DNA of 64,000 bases from Ophelia neglecta (GCA_965285935.1 OZ260664.1:69626001-69690000), one strand, 5' to 3'; positions 1 through 15,373 are shown, numbered from the stretch's first letter. Notes: generated from the sequence alone by a model not told the origin. Numbers and translations: made by a program.

Positions 1-503
1 AGCGCAGCATGGGGCGAGGCGTTGCAAATAACTCCTCGTCAACTTAACGCCGAGGTGCCTTTCCGGAACCAATCTACCGTGAAACTCATCATCTGGGACG
101 TAGACACCTTGCTGAGATTTATGGCCGAGATAGCCCATTAAGTATACATGTCACGTGAAAAGGAGCCATTAAACTGGTAGCGCGCGGACTTCATGCTGTG
201 TTGAGTCACCATTTGAGCCTGCCTGTCACTTAGTTGGTCATTAAAATGATAAAATGCCATTATAACCAATCATCTCGACTAATGATCAGGGCGACCCGCG
301 CTTAACCTCCAGTCGATGCTATTGCTCGAGAAAGTCCGTACAAAAAATAAACATGCATAACGTTTGCCCATGAGAAAAAGAACATTGATACTTCATTTAT
401 TATCGTTCCTTCGAGTTGTAAAGTCGTGTACCGCTCATTATCAGCAACTCCAATTTGGTCGGCTTACATATTCTTACAGCGTGCATCTAAACAATAAACC
501 ATC

Positions 504-572
504 ACTGTATGTTCGCACACAATTAAACAATACTGTATGTCCGCATACAATTAAACAATATTGTATGTTCGC
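504..572 (+). repeat. 28-bp tandem repeat, ~2.5 copies
   Basis: ACTGTATGTTCGCACACAATTAAACAAT / ACTGTATGTCCGCATACAATTAAACAAT / ATTGTATGTTCGC. Confidence 0.9.
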
Positions 573-3500
573 GGAAACATGCATGTTTCTCGTCACAAAT
601 AATCTAAATATGAAAGAATGCTATTCACAAATAACACTGATTGATATAAGCAGGGTGTGAACGGATTGTTTTTACAAATACCGCGTAAATAGTAATCTGT
701 ATGGATTTCTAATATTTTCTGAAACTACTAGTAGTGAGTGGTTGGTATGTTGGAAAAATAGTCCATGGAATGAATGTCAGATTAGCATCAAGTTGCTGGA
801 TATAAAGACACGATTTAATGTATAAACATCGGTAAAGTAGTATTCAAATGGGCCTTTCAAAATATATATTTGTACATACATGCGTATTACTACATCATAA
901 CCATAACGTTAGAACCCATCAAATAACTTTATACTAAATCGCAGGTACGAAACGTTGCTATATATCTAGATTAGTTTTGGAGAGGACGTAGTGTTAAGGA
1001 TGTAATTTTTAGTTAATGGCTAGCAAAATTCTACAACATACAGAATTTCAATCCAAACATTCGTATCTGTCCATCTCGAAATTCACCCTTAACTTGTAGC
1101 AAGTTTATTTATAGTTAAAATATGCCTTGAGGGACAACTCAATCCTGTTTCATACAAACTCCGCCCAATCTCATCTTGAATATGGATCATAGAGATGGTC
1201 TTGGCCAGCAGTATAATTCAGTACGCTAAGAGCTCTGTCACTAGATGACAGGACAGTAGTCTCACCTATCTCATCTAGCCAAGTCGTTCATTAACTTGAC
1301 AAACATATTACAATAACATAGCACATTACTATAGACCAAGGTAATGAATTTATCAATGGAATAAGTTGGGTTGTTAAGTCGTAAATTTAGGGGAATTTAC
1401 TCTTACAGAATAGGCCGTTGTTTCGTATATATAAAGCAGTTATGATGGAAACAGGCCCGGCCGGTCGATGATTGTCGTTGATATAGCCATGATTGCAGCT
1501 ATGCTGATATTTACGGCAAAATAAATAATTTCTATTAAAACACCGGTTTTTCGGCCAAGATATAACCCATCCTCGGTCAGATATAACTCTTGTGATTACA
1601 AGAAGCGAAGTCCTCATCACTAAAGCCTGAACATATTGGGTTATGGAAGAGCGGTGAATTAATTAGGTTCATCCAAAGCAGACAAGGTATTCAGGTCCAA
1701 GACGTTCCCTGTGTCCTCATATATCGCGAAGTACGCCATTTAACCTAAAATTGCCAAACATATGGTCGAACATATTAAGAGCATCTCTAAATCTTCCCCA
1801 CCAGTGATGTGACCTTAAACCTTGCAGTTGTAGTGGTTGTTTAAAGGTTTCTTCAATAAAAACTTCTTTGGGGACTATAACAACCAATGGCTGTCTAAGT
1901 ACATCCCTACATGTTAACACATGTGATGCATAACTCAGTCCAGGACCTCAAGGTGAAAGGGCCCTAAACATCACCAGGGGTCCGGGCTACTGACTTTTAT
2001 GCCAAAGCATCCGTGGAGGATTTACAATCTCCTTAACTCGGCAACAAACCAGCCATAGGTAGACTTTCAATACTTTTACACATTTCAACAAGAACGTTTA
2101 CAAAAAGTTTATATCGATGTATGCTAACATTCGGATTCAACCTTCAACTGAATTCAACTGAAGTAACTTCATTCAACTGAAGCAAATATCGGTAGACTAC
2201 TAAGAAGCATCCCGAAAGTCGGAGGACCGCCAACACCTCGAGTCCCTTGGTTCAATTGATTCACGCGACCCCGTGTAGAGGGCTCCACTTCACAGCCATT
2301 CATACATTTTAGAGTGAAAAAAACAGGTAATATACATACTGGCCTATAATTTTTTGAAAACATCTGGGTCATCTCTTGTATTGGTTCTCTTGTATTTGCC
2401 CTCAAGTATTTGTTTAATCGGTATCTTATTGCCTCGGTGTAGTTAAACTTCCTGAGGACTGGACTTTTCTTTTCACATTGTTCACGATAACAAATCATGC
2501 ATTTACTGACTTGAATTCCTGGAATTAATGCAACAATATACTATGCCTGCAAAAGGTCCCATCGACACAAAAACAAAATGATGCAATAATGATGGTCACA
2601 TTTCGGACGGCACCGAATAAATGTTAGCAAGAAACTCGTGTTGAATGTATAGCTTGACTCTGCCTCTTTCTGCACATTGGTCCCATGAGCAGCATCCCTG
2701 CGAAATTACCATGCCAACGCCAGTTCATCCAACCACACTGGACATAGGTGATTTCGCCAAAATGGCTGAACATTGTGATGATCGGAGGGATTTCTTGAAC
2801 ATTCAAGTTTTATTATTCTTGATTAACTTATCAACATAATGTGACTTAAGCATAGTATTTATAAATGTATTTACAATATTCAATATATTTATTGTTTTGG
2901 CAAGCCATTAATTTAATAATCACAGTCGGGTCTTCAAAATAGACAGTGTTGTGTTTGTGTACGTAAATCCAGTTTTGATCTCTAATTAATAATCAAATAC
3001 CAAGGAGAGTGGCGGCAATGGGATCACCACTGTATGTTTCCCGTGGATACCTTAAACCAAACGCATTGATAAGTAATATATTTAAAAAAAACACTTGTTT
3101 CACAGAAAGTGTCATTAATGTGTCTATATATGCGGCTAGCAGCACCAGCAGGACGACATACGTTGGGTCATTAAATAAATGTAACCCTTTAAGCGTCATA
3201 TTTTATTCATACTATATGCTGTTACTAAGAGTGTAAAATGCACATGTGATGGTTGATATATCTATCTTCAGGGAATAAACAAAGTAAGCTATTCGTCATA
3301 TTATTACAGGATAAGCCGATCAGGGAGGGACTTTTGAACTTTGGCATTAGTTAAAAGTGCGGCTTTGGATTTTGTGGCCTTATATATCACCCTTGTTTTC
3401 AGCTTCCCCCAGTTGAGGAGCAAAGCAGCGATAGTTATTAACATGTACATACTTAATCATTTTTTACAGTCTCTATGGTAGCCATATAAATATCCATAAG

Positions 3501-4199
3501 GTGTAAAAAAGGTGCCTAACTTTTTGTGGAATCACAAAGAATTTTGCCGTACAATTTCAATGCTCGTCATATGGTAAATGTGGAAATGAAATGTTATTGG
3601 TTGACAGGTTGTGGTAATAAAGAAGACATTGCCATAACTCATTAAGAGTTTTTGAATTTGCTTCAAAGCAATAACCTTCAAATCGTGGTAGGTTTTTTTT
3701 CTGTTTGTTCGCGTTGCCAGTCCTCCGAGACCTCTTTCCATTTTAAAGGTACAGGTCCTTTCAGCATCCATCCATTAGTCGTGGGTATCTGGGAACACGT
3801 TGTCTATAGTCTCCTAATATTTCAAAAAGAGCACATTCCATCATAGATTCTCCTAGGGCGAAAATGAGAGTCCTTGATGCATTGACTGTTTAGTATGTGG
3901 CTCCACTCATAACATAGACAACACTTTCTCATTGCAAGTCAGGCCAGTTATTAATTTACTACTATACAGTTTACTTTCGTTTTGTTCCATCCTCTGGATT
4001 TACTTTCCTGTGTCCTTTTTTTGATTAGCTTTCTAAAAGTAAAACATGTATTTAAAAGTCGAACACTTACATTTTGTCGAACACTTAGAGCTTGCTTTTA
4101 CGCATGATCCGGAAATTATATTCTTAGGGCCCTACGCTGCATGGACTCGGGATCGTCAGTCTCTTTTTACCTTTTCCTAACATGCTACAATGGGAAGGC

Positions 4200-4780
4200 G
4201 CATTGCTATAATAGTTATTTAAATATGTGTAAATCAATGGCTCTTTGGCTCTGTGCAAAAGGCTTAAGAAGTAAAACAGTTAAGCACATCTAGCACTAAT
4301 CTTGTCAATCTGAACAAATCATAACAGACCAAGTGGCAGTTAACACCAATGAGTTTGAATGATTTAACCCTGGAAATATCCTGTCCATTTAGAACCATAG
4401 GAAGAATGATAGTTGGTTTTCTTACAAAACTAACAATAGTGTCTAAAGAAACGTGTCTGGCATGTATCATTATCTTCAATTTCGCCAAGTATTCCCTCTG
4501 TCACTGACTTTTGATGTGCACAATCTCAAACACCATAAAGAATGTCATCTACTAAGTAACACATGGGAATAGCAGTGTCAGTGTCAATTTTTACTCGTTG
4601 CTGTCTGATTAGCGAATAATAGGGCTCCTAGCCGTAAGTCAAGATTAGAATAGCTGTTGAACCCGGTTTATCCTGAATATCTTGCTTAAAAGGTAAATGG
4701 GGTATTATCAGACATGCAAGTGAATTCCACGCTCTTCGAAGTCGAATGCCTTTAAATCGTCTAATAATAGTATAGTAGTA
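4200..4780 (-). mobile_element. Decayed non-LTR retrotransposon (LINE, CR1/L2-group-like) reverse transcriptase fragment
   Basis: Minus-strand translation gives RT motifs in the correct order, with stops and frameshifts: ILLLDDLKAFDF (4773-4738, cf. LD.SKAFD), RQQRVKI (~4606-4586), YLVDD (~4558-4544, cf. Y.DD), PMVLNGQDISRVKSFKLIGV (~4402-4343), LFYFLSLLHRA (~4280-4246, cf. RLYFL..LKRA). Confidence 0.85.
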
Positions 4781-7700
4781 TCTGACCTAAGGTTTTGAGG
4801 ACATTGAGGACATTTTTTGTGTGCATGCTTCCATATAAACTGGCGTATTAAGAGGACATTAAACCCACTCATGACTGGTTCTATTCATTTAAAGGTTTTC
4901 TTAAAGGATCAAATATTTGTTAACTAAAACGAGTTAATGCATGTGTTTACAGTAAATAGACAATTGATGAGAGTCCCTTATATTTGATATTAAATCACAT
5001 ATCAGCTAGTAGAATATGTGGAAGGAATGTTTATTGTTCTGTATACAAGTCAGCAAATTTCAGGCGTGACGATTGGGTTCCAATGTTAAACAAGTACATG
5101 TACTACGTGAAAATGTAATTGCACTGCAAGTGTGTGAAAAACACTGCATATTAAGTATAATTTGAGAAATGTAATGTTTCATTTTAAAATTCATTCAATG
5201 AGACTTAACATAATATGATGTTAGAAAAGACACTAATGATATAAACATTCCTTGGTCGCCTTGACGAAGCTTTACGCAGCATTATCAGAGACCTGTTAAT
5301 TAATTGCTTAATTAGAATATTCATGTTTATCTAGTCAATGTTATAACTTCTACAGACTATGTTTAAAATAAATAATATTCAGTAATGCCAGACTAAACAA
5401 AAGATATCTGGATAATTTCAAAACACGTTCCCTCGCCTTTTCCAGCGCCGATTCGAAAATGTTCTTAGTCTGTTGTGTTGGGGAGTGGAACCGCCTAGCG
5501 AATACGAAACCAGTTCAAGAAAAACGGGAATGAATTACCGGCAGACAGTGAACATCAATAAAAAAGAATGCCCATTAGATCTTCTGAATTCACTAGGAGA
5601 CTTCAAAAAGAAAGAAATATTATGTATATCCAGTGTTTTAATTATGTTGTTCTATTTTGTAATTAGACCTGATTGTAATCACTCAGGCATACGATTTGCT
5701 GGTTCAAACCTAACCTTATCATTTTTCCGTAACATATACCTGTTTTATCGCACCTTTCAAGAGAAACATGTAGTTAATTCAATAGCCGGTGTTCTTCATC
5801 AACACAAGTCAAACATAATGTCCCAGTGCTCGGCAGAACTGAGAGAAGGAATTACCTTAATGGAGGTGGATGACAGTACATGATGCATGCGGCTTTTTGG
5901 CACTATTTACATTACCTTGCCCTAATTCCCAAAGGAGGTCAAAGCCCTTCACCAGCCTGAGCCAGCTACGCCAACTCGTTATTCGTGTGACTCTAGATAA
6001 CGTTCGTGAAATCGCACTTGTCGTGTTCAAGAAAAATGGTTTCATTTGTGTTGTGTTCTCTCCAACTGCGTGGTTACTTTGATTTATTGCGTGAAGAATC
6101 TCCTATTTAAATATTCTAACTTCGAAACAAGTTCATTAGTTCAATATCTAAATTGAAAAGCTCCTCTTGTATTTTAATTAATCATTCTTTCTTTGTTGCC
6201 AGCAAAATTTTCTTAATAAATTCAGTAATAAAACTTCGCTTTTCCCTTTTTGTGACTTCTTCATGTCCGATTTGGGGCCTAATATTTGCAGTCATTATCC
6301 GTCCTACTGTAAAATATATATCAGAGTAAATCTCACAATTCTCTGCCTAAATAACAGCTTAATGGTATCTTGTGACAATCGCAACCTATTTTCGTTTTCT
6401 TTTGGGGGGAAAACAATGGCACGAATAAATTATTTACAACAGTAATCATCACTAAGGGAATAGCTCTGCCCATGGGAGTACATCTGAGGGGACATTTGTA
6501 AAACATCAGCCTAACCAATGAGCAATATTTTTAGACGCTCGTGAAGAAAAAGTAACCATTTTACTTGTTTTTTGCTACAAGTATGGCCCATTCCTTACCG
6601 ACGAACCCATACATATTCCGGTCTGGTCTGTGTAAAAGAAACCTTGCCCTTCTCTCCCTCAGTATGGGTATATTGTGAGCGTTCACAACCTGGCAGCTAT
6701 TTTAAGATCTGAACCCCAGGTAGGCCGGCCCGGATTTGTTAACAGCCGAGGCGCTCGCCATCTTTATGATATAAAGACGATTTCGCGTCATTTCCGATTC
6801 GCCGACATAATGTTACAGTATAAGTGACGTCATTAGAAATCTTGGCTTCTCACTAAATATGATCAAAGGAACATCTGTCTAAAGAAATACACTCTGTGTA
6901 CATGGAGGAAAGAATTAATTAGAAGTTTGTTTGGTATAAGGGGGCGACCGTCTTCGATCCAAAAAATGGATAAAATGCGCTTTTATCACTTACTAATTTG
7001 ACCATAGGCGTCGATTAATCTGAATATCTTGTCCACGCTAGTTTAAATTAGTATAAGACTTATTACATTAAAAACTGGCAACATCAATTAAATCTTAAAC
7101 AATCTAAGAAAAGAAAATCTGAGTTCTCAGAAGCATTAAAGAAACTGTCATAAAAGCTATTACATTTTCTTTTGAGGTCTAGCTATTGCTGTCTTATTAT
7201 TGATAAAGCACCGATATGAATATAATTATGTAATCCTCTCCGACTGATTAGGTTATTCACTAGAATAATCTAAAAACAAAATATAACACACGTCTTTTCA
7301 ATATCATTCGTTATGGAAATAAGGTTTATTTGTGAAATCTTGTTTGTCACTATCCTGCTGGTTCTGGTTCTGCTAAGTGCATTCATTTATCAGGGAAAAA
7401 ACGTTTTATTGACTTATTTTGTGTGCTAATTGCTATTGAAGTAATGAAAATGTATCACTCAAGGCGCTCTCGCTAGCCTTTATGTCATTGTCGGTGTTGT
7501 AAGTATGAGTTGATAGTACATGCAATGTATAATTTTCACACAAATAACTCGGTATATATATTATCTAAATGTTTATAGTGCAAATTGTTCAAAACAGGAA
7601 ACAACTATTTTGGTAATAAAAATACAATGCCACATACAAATTTGATGAAGATAAGCTGCTGGTCAAATGTTTACAAAAAAAGGAAACCTCTGTAAACCAC

Positions 7701-10700
7701 GGGCAGGATAAATAGGACTAACTGAGATTCTGATATATCACGAGGGATCTTCTTGTCGAAATTGAACTTTAGAGGCTTAGCTTTTCAGTGTCACACAAAT
7801 CTTCCTGTAACATGATATCGGAGGGAATTAGACAGGCGTCATTTTAAGTACATCCCAGGTCCGCTCTCTGGAATGATGCTAATGGAATACACATCAAGAG
7901 GAGGCCATCTCAAGTCGATTATGTTCTCGGGAAAAGTCAGGTACTCCAGCGCAACAGTGTTCTGAGGATGCTAGCATATGATAGCACCGATAGCTTCGGA
8001 ATCATTCTGGCAGCCATAAACTCAACTTTGAAGATTTCCCACTGGACACTGGACGGTAATGTAGTGTTCACTCCTGGGAATCATTTATATCCTAAATATC
8101 TGGATTTTGCCACTCAGCAAATAGATTCATTCGGTAAAAATCACATAATGGTAAAGTGCAAATAAAACGACTGAAGAAAATCAATCCTATAATCCTATAA
8201 CACATTGAGGGTTAGAAATCGCGAATCCTCACTTGAGGGATTCACTTTCATGACGTTTCAAAAATACATTTTCCACATTAAAAGTGCCGCATAGTTTTGT
8301 AATTGATTATTCGACGCCGAGCCGATGGACTCCCTTCCAATTAAGGTTTGGTTTATCATAAAAACATATTCAGCAAGCCATCGATTAATTTTATTTCAAA
8401 TGGACCGTCACATCATTTAGGCTCCACTGTTTCAAATGTCTTACCTATGTTTTAGTCATCTATTCTGTTGATCAAGTTTATATTGAAGAATTCTAATTAC
8501 TATCATATGTATATTAGAATAATCTAGAATCATTTAATTTGAATACTGTTATTGATCTTGAGTACAGAAGGGCTGCTGCACATTCACAAGGTCGACATAT
8601 TACATTTATCTTTGGATACAGATGAATTTAAAGCAATTACTTTCCCTTACGTAAGATAATTACATATATTATTTCTTCAAAGGCTATTGATATCCCCGAC
8701 ACTACGTTTTCTATATACGGGCATGTGAGGCGCCGGAAGAAGGCTACAATCATAATGGCCGTATGGGCATATGTCGGGTTTTACTGTTCCGTCTGTCAGA
8801 AAGACCGATTGCAATATCTAGACCGATGCTTGATGCTTTAGGAGCAGTAGTTTAAACCCATAAATTATTTCATGTTAAGCAATCATTGCAATTCCCTCCT
8901 GTTAATTCTACAAGTCGAATTATGAAGAAAGCATTTCTGATAAAATAGACACCGACCTTGTGACATCACGACTGTGAGTTAGTATAATGAAAACATTTAT
9001 ATACAAAGATGCATGGCATCGCCAAATAGGTTTCTGATAAAACCATCCTGTTTTTTATTGGGCGAACTTGTCACCGCTATTTGGAAGCAGCGGCACATCA
9101 ATGCCCAACTCACAAACTGTAAATAAACTTGTTATGCAAATAAAACAATGAAAAGATAAAATTGAATTGACTTGAATAAGCAAGGGAGCTGTTAATACTC
9201 AAACACATAGTTTAACAGAATCTCTCAAATTCATTGAATGTCGCTTATGTTTTAATTCTGAAAACTATAGTAGTATATGCGTCCCTAGTTCCTTTTTTCC
9301 AGGTTACCATTAGATATTTTTATTAAATTATTTGCGCATAAGCGTCTGCAAAGCAGGTCCTACTAGTAGGTGGTTTTCCAAATGCGTTTTGCACTGATGT
9401 ACATAATTTTTGCATTTAATTTATTTCTTATTTTATTTACGCATTGGTGTTCGCAAACCTCGTCCTTTGTGGTTTAAGGCGCATCCTTACCTTTCTTCAG
9501 CGGAATATCGGTTTCTGGACTGAACTCCGTCAATTCTATCCTTTCGGCACATATGACTATTTAGTAATACCACGTCACTACCATTCGTCAGTTGGCAATG
9601 TCAATTAACACCATTACGTAAAATCAGTTTTGTTAAAAACACTGTGATATCGGGACGCTCTGATTGATCTAACAATGTTAAATGTTCCAATGTCATAATT
9701 GTTCTTTCGGCGGCATTTCATTTGAGTGACAGAGTAAAAAAATTACATGCTTATCATTAGGGAACAGCTGCAATGCCCCTTTTTGAGGCAATAACAAAAA
9801 AATGACCACAATAAGCAAAGAATACGCCCCTTAGTTGGAGTACCACGAGGAATATGAGTCCTAAGGGCACATGCTTCAAGTGCCATGGATCATAGAAGTT
9901 GGAGCATATATCGTATAGGTTAATTATTCCCATGGTCTTAAATGGCGTGTGTTCTTTATAATATGCATAATGACACTTTCATAAAAATATAGCTATCCTC
10001 CGATGTAAAGCAAATGAAAGTACACATCCTCGTTGTGTTCTTCTTAATCAAACATTAAGCAGTCCGTCTGCCATCTTTAATATTGTACTTTTTTGATGCT
10101 AGTCAATGATGATAGCTAGAGTTATCCAGCTTTTCTGTTCATCAATATTACCCCCACGGTCGTTTGTCGAAGTATGAAAAATTGGTAATTAAAAGTAGTA
10201 TGAGTGGCCCTTAAATCAGCCTATACTGTTTCGCGTTGCTTTGTACCGTTGATTGATCGATGACAACAGTGTTGCCAAACAAGAACGAACCTGAACACTG
10301 AAAGATATAATTGCACCTTGTCAGCGGCCGGATTGTTGCACTTAGCTCTTATGAGGTGCTCACAGTGCGTCCTAATTTGGCTAGGATAATGGAGTAGAGA
10401 CCCGGTGAACAAAGCAAAATCGTTAATCAAGAATCGTGAATTCAATCGGTCCGAAATCATTAGCTGTGAGATCATAATTCAAAAGGTTATCCATTATGAT
10501 TGGTAAAAGTAAAAAATTAAACGTAAAGCATGAATATATGGTGGGCAGCACAGCTTTATGAAGGTTATATTTCGCCTCAGACTTATACCGTTTACCTAAG
10601 TCGCATCAAAAAACGCATGACTCTGGTATGTGTAATTGCCATCATTGGCCAGAATGGTTATATTTTGCAGTGAACCAATAGCAGATATTCCATGCACTTT

Positions 10701-13700
10701 TGCCCACTCGTAGGTGTTCCAGAGCACACAGTGCAGTAGTAATCTTAGCAGAGGTGGACTGCGATTGGCCTCAAAAGACAGGAAGCATATCTTGATTGCC
10801 TGGATAATGCCCTATTCAAGTTATCACATTACTTTGGCGGCCATTTAAGGCTATATTCATTTGTACCTACATGTGGAGCTCCTCGATGCTAATTGTCTTC
10901 CAACATATGCCGACATCGTTATCAGTATATTACAACCGTCTATAACCAGCCAATTATAATCTTCACTGTTTAAGCCTTCGGATATGTATTATATGTCATC
11001 TGATAAGGCTATGTATAAAGTAGTTTAAATATCCCGGAAATTGCTGAGGCTTTGTTGTAGCTTTGGACTGGCATTTACAATGCTAATGGATGGATGAAAC
11101 ATGAGAAAAGGAAGACCACGAGTAACACAATTGATAATGCAACTAGTTCACCAGGAACAAGGTTGCACCTTGTTGAAATAAAGACCAGTCAGTAAAGGTG
11201 ACAATGTACACCTTTATAGTGACTGAACATGCTATACACGTAAAACATGCGCTGCCCCCGGTAGTTAGCCCGTATTAATATGCCACCAAGTCCGCGTTGC
11301 AGTACGAGATTGATTAGCTTTTTAAACATCTGTTCACAGTGTGTTATTTTAGCGGCAATCATCTTATCCAGTGAATGTCGTGCTTATACATTGGAAGCGG
11401 TCGAATCGGCGAGTAGTCCTTAACGGATAATATCTCACGTCGGAAATGCTTTTATATACAGCTCGAAATTGTTTTCGCTTTCAGAATTGTAACTAAATGG
11501 TAAACATATACCTCTTTTGGGCCTCGGAGTAGTAAGAAAAAGAGTTCATTACCTTTTTTACCTTAATCCCTATTTGCTATAAGATGACACATGAAAAGAC
11601 TACGCTAATAATTTGTCCAGATAGTAACCACTTCAGATATGGTGCCAGAAAGGCCATTAGTGTCAACAGAAGCCGATGATTAATACAAACAACCAGATAT
11701 GTAATCTGAGTTGTAAGCCCACAAAATTGAAAAATAGCCGATTAGAAAAATGAAAATATGAATATATGCCCATAATGATAACACAAATGATAGGAATATT
11801 TAAAGAGCAAGGAAACCAAACTGAGCAACTAATTGGGCGATATATAAGCGGCAAACAAGACAAAATCGGTCATTCATACCATTCCATCTCATAATTCGAA
11901 ACCATCATTCATATACAAAACAATATCCAGTTTAAGACAATAGGCATGTAACCAACTTATACAGAAAAAAAGTTCTTTACAACGAATTAGCTTTTCATAA
12001 TAAGAATAAGATTAATGACAGGTGGGCCAGATATAATATTGTCTGCGTGATCTGAAACTATCGCAAGGATTTGGCCATTCGGCTCCGCGCTAACTATGGC
12101 TCGCTGGCATGGGTGTAACTTTAATGCAGGAATGATTTAAAAGTCTTAAATAACTAAGTGATTAGAACAGAAATATATTCTGAAGTATGCCCTAGATGAG
12201 TCTATTATAGACAAGGCTATTTTATGTAGAAAGAGGCTCCTGAATCACATGACTGAAGAAGAATGTAAATGTTCTTTGTGCCATTTGTTTGTGGATCCCA
12301 GGCTCGTTTGTTTCGTGCTCTGGCACGCAACATGGAAAATATCTATTTACTGTTTTGGAGTTAAGGATTAATATATGTGGGTCTATGGAATGTGGTTAGT
12401 GTTGTTTTCAGACCAATGTAATGAACTCTGATTGGTTAGTTATTTCGCTTTTCTGCCCGGTATCCACTCCCGATTCCTATATTAACAATTCAAAACGTTT
12501 CGACTATCTTGACCAGGTTTTGAAACAAATCACGATGTAATATGTTATACATGTAATGATAACTGATTCATTTTGCGTTATTCATTTTTTACCAAACAGA
12601 TCATTATTTTTTCTGTATTGATAGAAGGACTTGACTCACACGTAATTGCTTTTGATTGTTTCAATCAGCATCAATCGCACAAAACAACCAAGCCAATAGC
12701 TGCAAACTAAAGGACGGAGTAGGCCTCTGCTGATCCTTTAAGAATAGTAATTTCACATATATTGGTCGGTAAATGATAAGTCGACGCAATTCAACGTCAA
12801 CTCAACACTTTTCAACCACGTTTCCCATTAATGCCTTTGACAAACGCTTTATCAATTCACTCTGGGTTAACGCACATTCTACAGTTGAGATGCCCTATAT
12901 GTTTGTAGCTAGGTGCAACACACAGTTATTGAAGTGTTCTCTTTATCTTGAAAAAATTTCAAATAACTTTATGACTGCTCATCGGAATATAAGTACCTAT
13001 AGCGTGACCAATAACCAATTATGTCCAGGACAAAGCATTATTTTAGTTTTCTTGGTCATGCCATTTTGGCAATGCATGGAGAGCACATGTGTTTTACCCT
13101 AATTTTCTCGCTCATCGGTGCCCATTTTCACCGGTGCAACATTTATGGGTGAGTTAAAGAAGACGATATTTCTTGCTTCGCAGACCCCTACGCACTACCT
13201 CATATCAACAGAATATGACAGGCAAATGGCAATCAAATAATGCCGCCATAGAAAGCAAGAAATACTTTTTGATGTTTCTAGTTCTAGGCGGACTAAAACA
13301 TGCCACTTACCTTAGATACAAAGGAGCGCGCAGAGTTCGATAAGCATGATACTAAGTGAGATCGATGTCCTACTGCTTCTTCCTTTTGCCGTAGCATACT
13401 GTGATTTACAGGCATAGCTCGATACAAACGCACCATGCATTGATCAAAACCAATCTCCCAAAGCCGGACACTGGAGAGTTCGCAGTCATTCATTTCGCTC
13501 CTAACGGCACAACTCAGTTTTTTGCATTATTGAAAAGGGTTTCCTCTTTTTTATGGCTGCGGCATATTGCAGCCGCTCATTTTCTGTCATAGGTATAGTT
13601 AGTAAATCAAACACACGGGCTATTTATTGGTTGTAAGGCAGCAAGAGAATAACTATTTCTTGGGAATTATGGCAGTACTGCTAAAACAAAAATATTTATA

Positions 13701-14063
13701 ATATTACCCGGGTAGTTCTTCCGTAACCATAACCAGACCTACCCATTATTAGCTTCATAGAAACAAGAGCAGTTAATCATGAAAATAATTTAGCTCCTAA
13801 GTTTATTCGATAAGCACATGATTTGTAGCTATTGAATGATCTTCATTTCATCCTGAAAAAAGTGGTTTGTGTGACAATTTGTTAGAACGTCATATGCTGT
13901 TCAATTTAGAAATTACCAAAAAGGTTGACTTATTTAAGCTGTTAAATTAGCTTGTAAGTATTCCAATAATCTAATATTGGTATATTAATGTTCACTTTTG
14001 TCTTTTTAGGGCACAGTACATGTTACACAGTTTCGGATATGTGTATAATATATTTTTTTCCAG

Positions 14064-14357
14064 GCACAGGTGTGGCGGACATTGTCAGGCCAGAAGGACA
14101 GCGGCTGGAGGGCTGACTAAGCCATCATGCCTTACGTCTACTCCGACAACGTCTGGTTCCACGTAGCCATGCAGGCCAGAAGGACTTGGGCTCGCGACAG
14201 CACAGAGAAGAGCGGCGGCAACACATGTTTCGGCTCTGTAGCAGCAACCAATACATATAGACTTAAGACAGGGCCGCTGTCTGACCGGTCAGACAGCGGT
14301 AACACCGTCCAGCTTATACTCAGCCAGTCATTGGCCAATGATTGGTAAAACCGATAG
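14064..14357 (+). ncRNA. Candidate structured non-coding exon (block A copy)
   Basis: Acceptor-like TTTTTTTCCAG| at 14063 and donor-like AG|GTAAAT at 14357/8. GC-rich island made of hairpins (14072-14162, ~14200-14242, palindromes 14274-14299 and 14324-14345). AGAAGGACTTGGGCTCGCGACAGCACAGA aligns to AGAAGGCCGAGAGCTCCCGGCGAGCTCAGA at ~61213. Confidence 0.5.
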
Positions 14358-15147
14358 GTAAATTACGACATCCGGAGAGAGCACACAACATCATTCCCTC
14401 GTCTCTTCCTCGTTTCTAGAACTGTTGTTGCTTCAAAACGAAGAAACAAAGATTCATTGGAATGTTTATTCATTCGGCCATCCATTTGACCAGTGCAGTC
14501 ATTTGACCAGGCACCATTTGACTTGTCAGAATGTCCATTTATATTCTCAATCTTAACCATACGGTGCCAAATACCTATCTGGTTTATTAGTTTGACTTAT
14601 GACAGATTAATTTAGGGAATAAAGGTACCACAATATATTTGACAGCAGGCTGATCGAGGCATCTACGCAAAAGTGTCTGACTCCTTGTACCACTAACGCA
14701 TATAACTTACACATTCAACAATCCTGAGATCAATTTTGCTAAAAAACGCAACGCAAGTTAAATGCAATGCTTGTTGATCGCTTCAATGCTAAAAGTAGGA
14801 TTAGGGGAATCTTAAAATGATGAAACAAACACCACATTATCAGGAAGTACCCGTCAATGGTGTATGTTTGAAATCGATTGCTATCCACTTTGAATTATTA
14901 AAAGGGCCCCTATTTTCTAGATGGAAGTCATTTGACATATTCTACATACTTAGGATCATTATTAGAACGTTAGGGCTAAAACCACCCCTGTGGGACTCAA
15001 TGATACTATGAGGCAGAAAGTCGTCATAGCTTTCTCCTAATCAAAGTGAGTGCAGAAAAAAGCTGGCCGACTCTTACGTCTTGAATGAAATTTACGGACC
15101 AATGCCTATGAATTCTTAAGGTTTAAACAGAACGAAGTAGACAAAAT

Positions 15148-15373
15148 GGCTATTAATTAAACGTAGCGGTGCGGAAACTATGCGGACGCGGAGGTCATAG
15201 GCATTTCAGAGAAACAAGAAGCAAAAAAGCGTCAGCAAGGCTATGGTTAGGGCTGAGGGTTAATTTCAGGGTTAGTGGAAGGGTTAGGGACAAACCTTCT
15301 AGATATAGTGATCTGTTCTAATTTCGGGATTTACCTCCGCAAGGCTCCGCGCTTCCGCTTTTAATCAAAAGCC
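15148..15373. mobile_element. MITE with 8-bp TSD and internal telomere-like GGGTTA(G) repeats
   Basis: Direct repeat GACAAAAT at 15140-15147 and 15374-15381. Imperfect TIRs GGCTATTAATTAAA..GCGG..GCGGAGGT / ACCTCCGC..CCGC..TTTAATCAAAAGCC. Internal GGTTAGGG, GGGTTA, GGGTTAG, GGGTTAGGG. Confidence 0.8.

Noticed and set aside
3532-3960. Possible RTE-type LINE C-terminal remnant on the minus strand (NEKVL, RKKTY.DL)
   Set aside because: Motifs are too weak and fragmented to support a call.
14127-14348. 73-aa ORF with good Kozak context in block A
   Set aside because: Neither the start nor the frame is conserved in other A copies; no known protein similarity.
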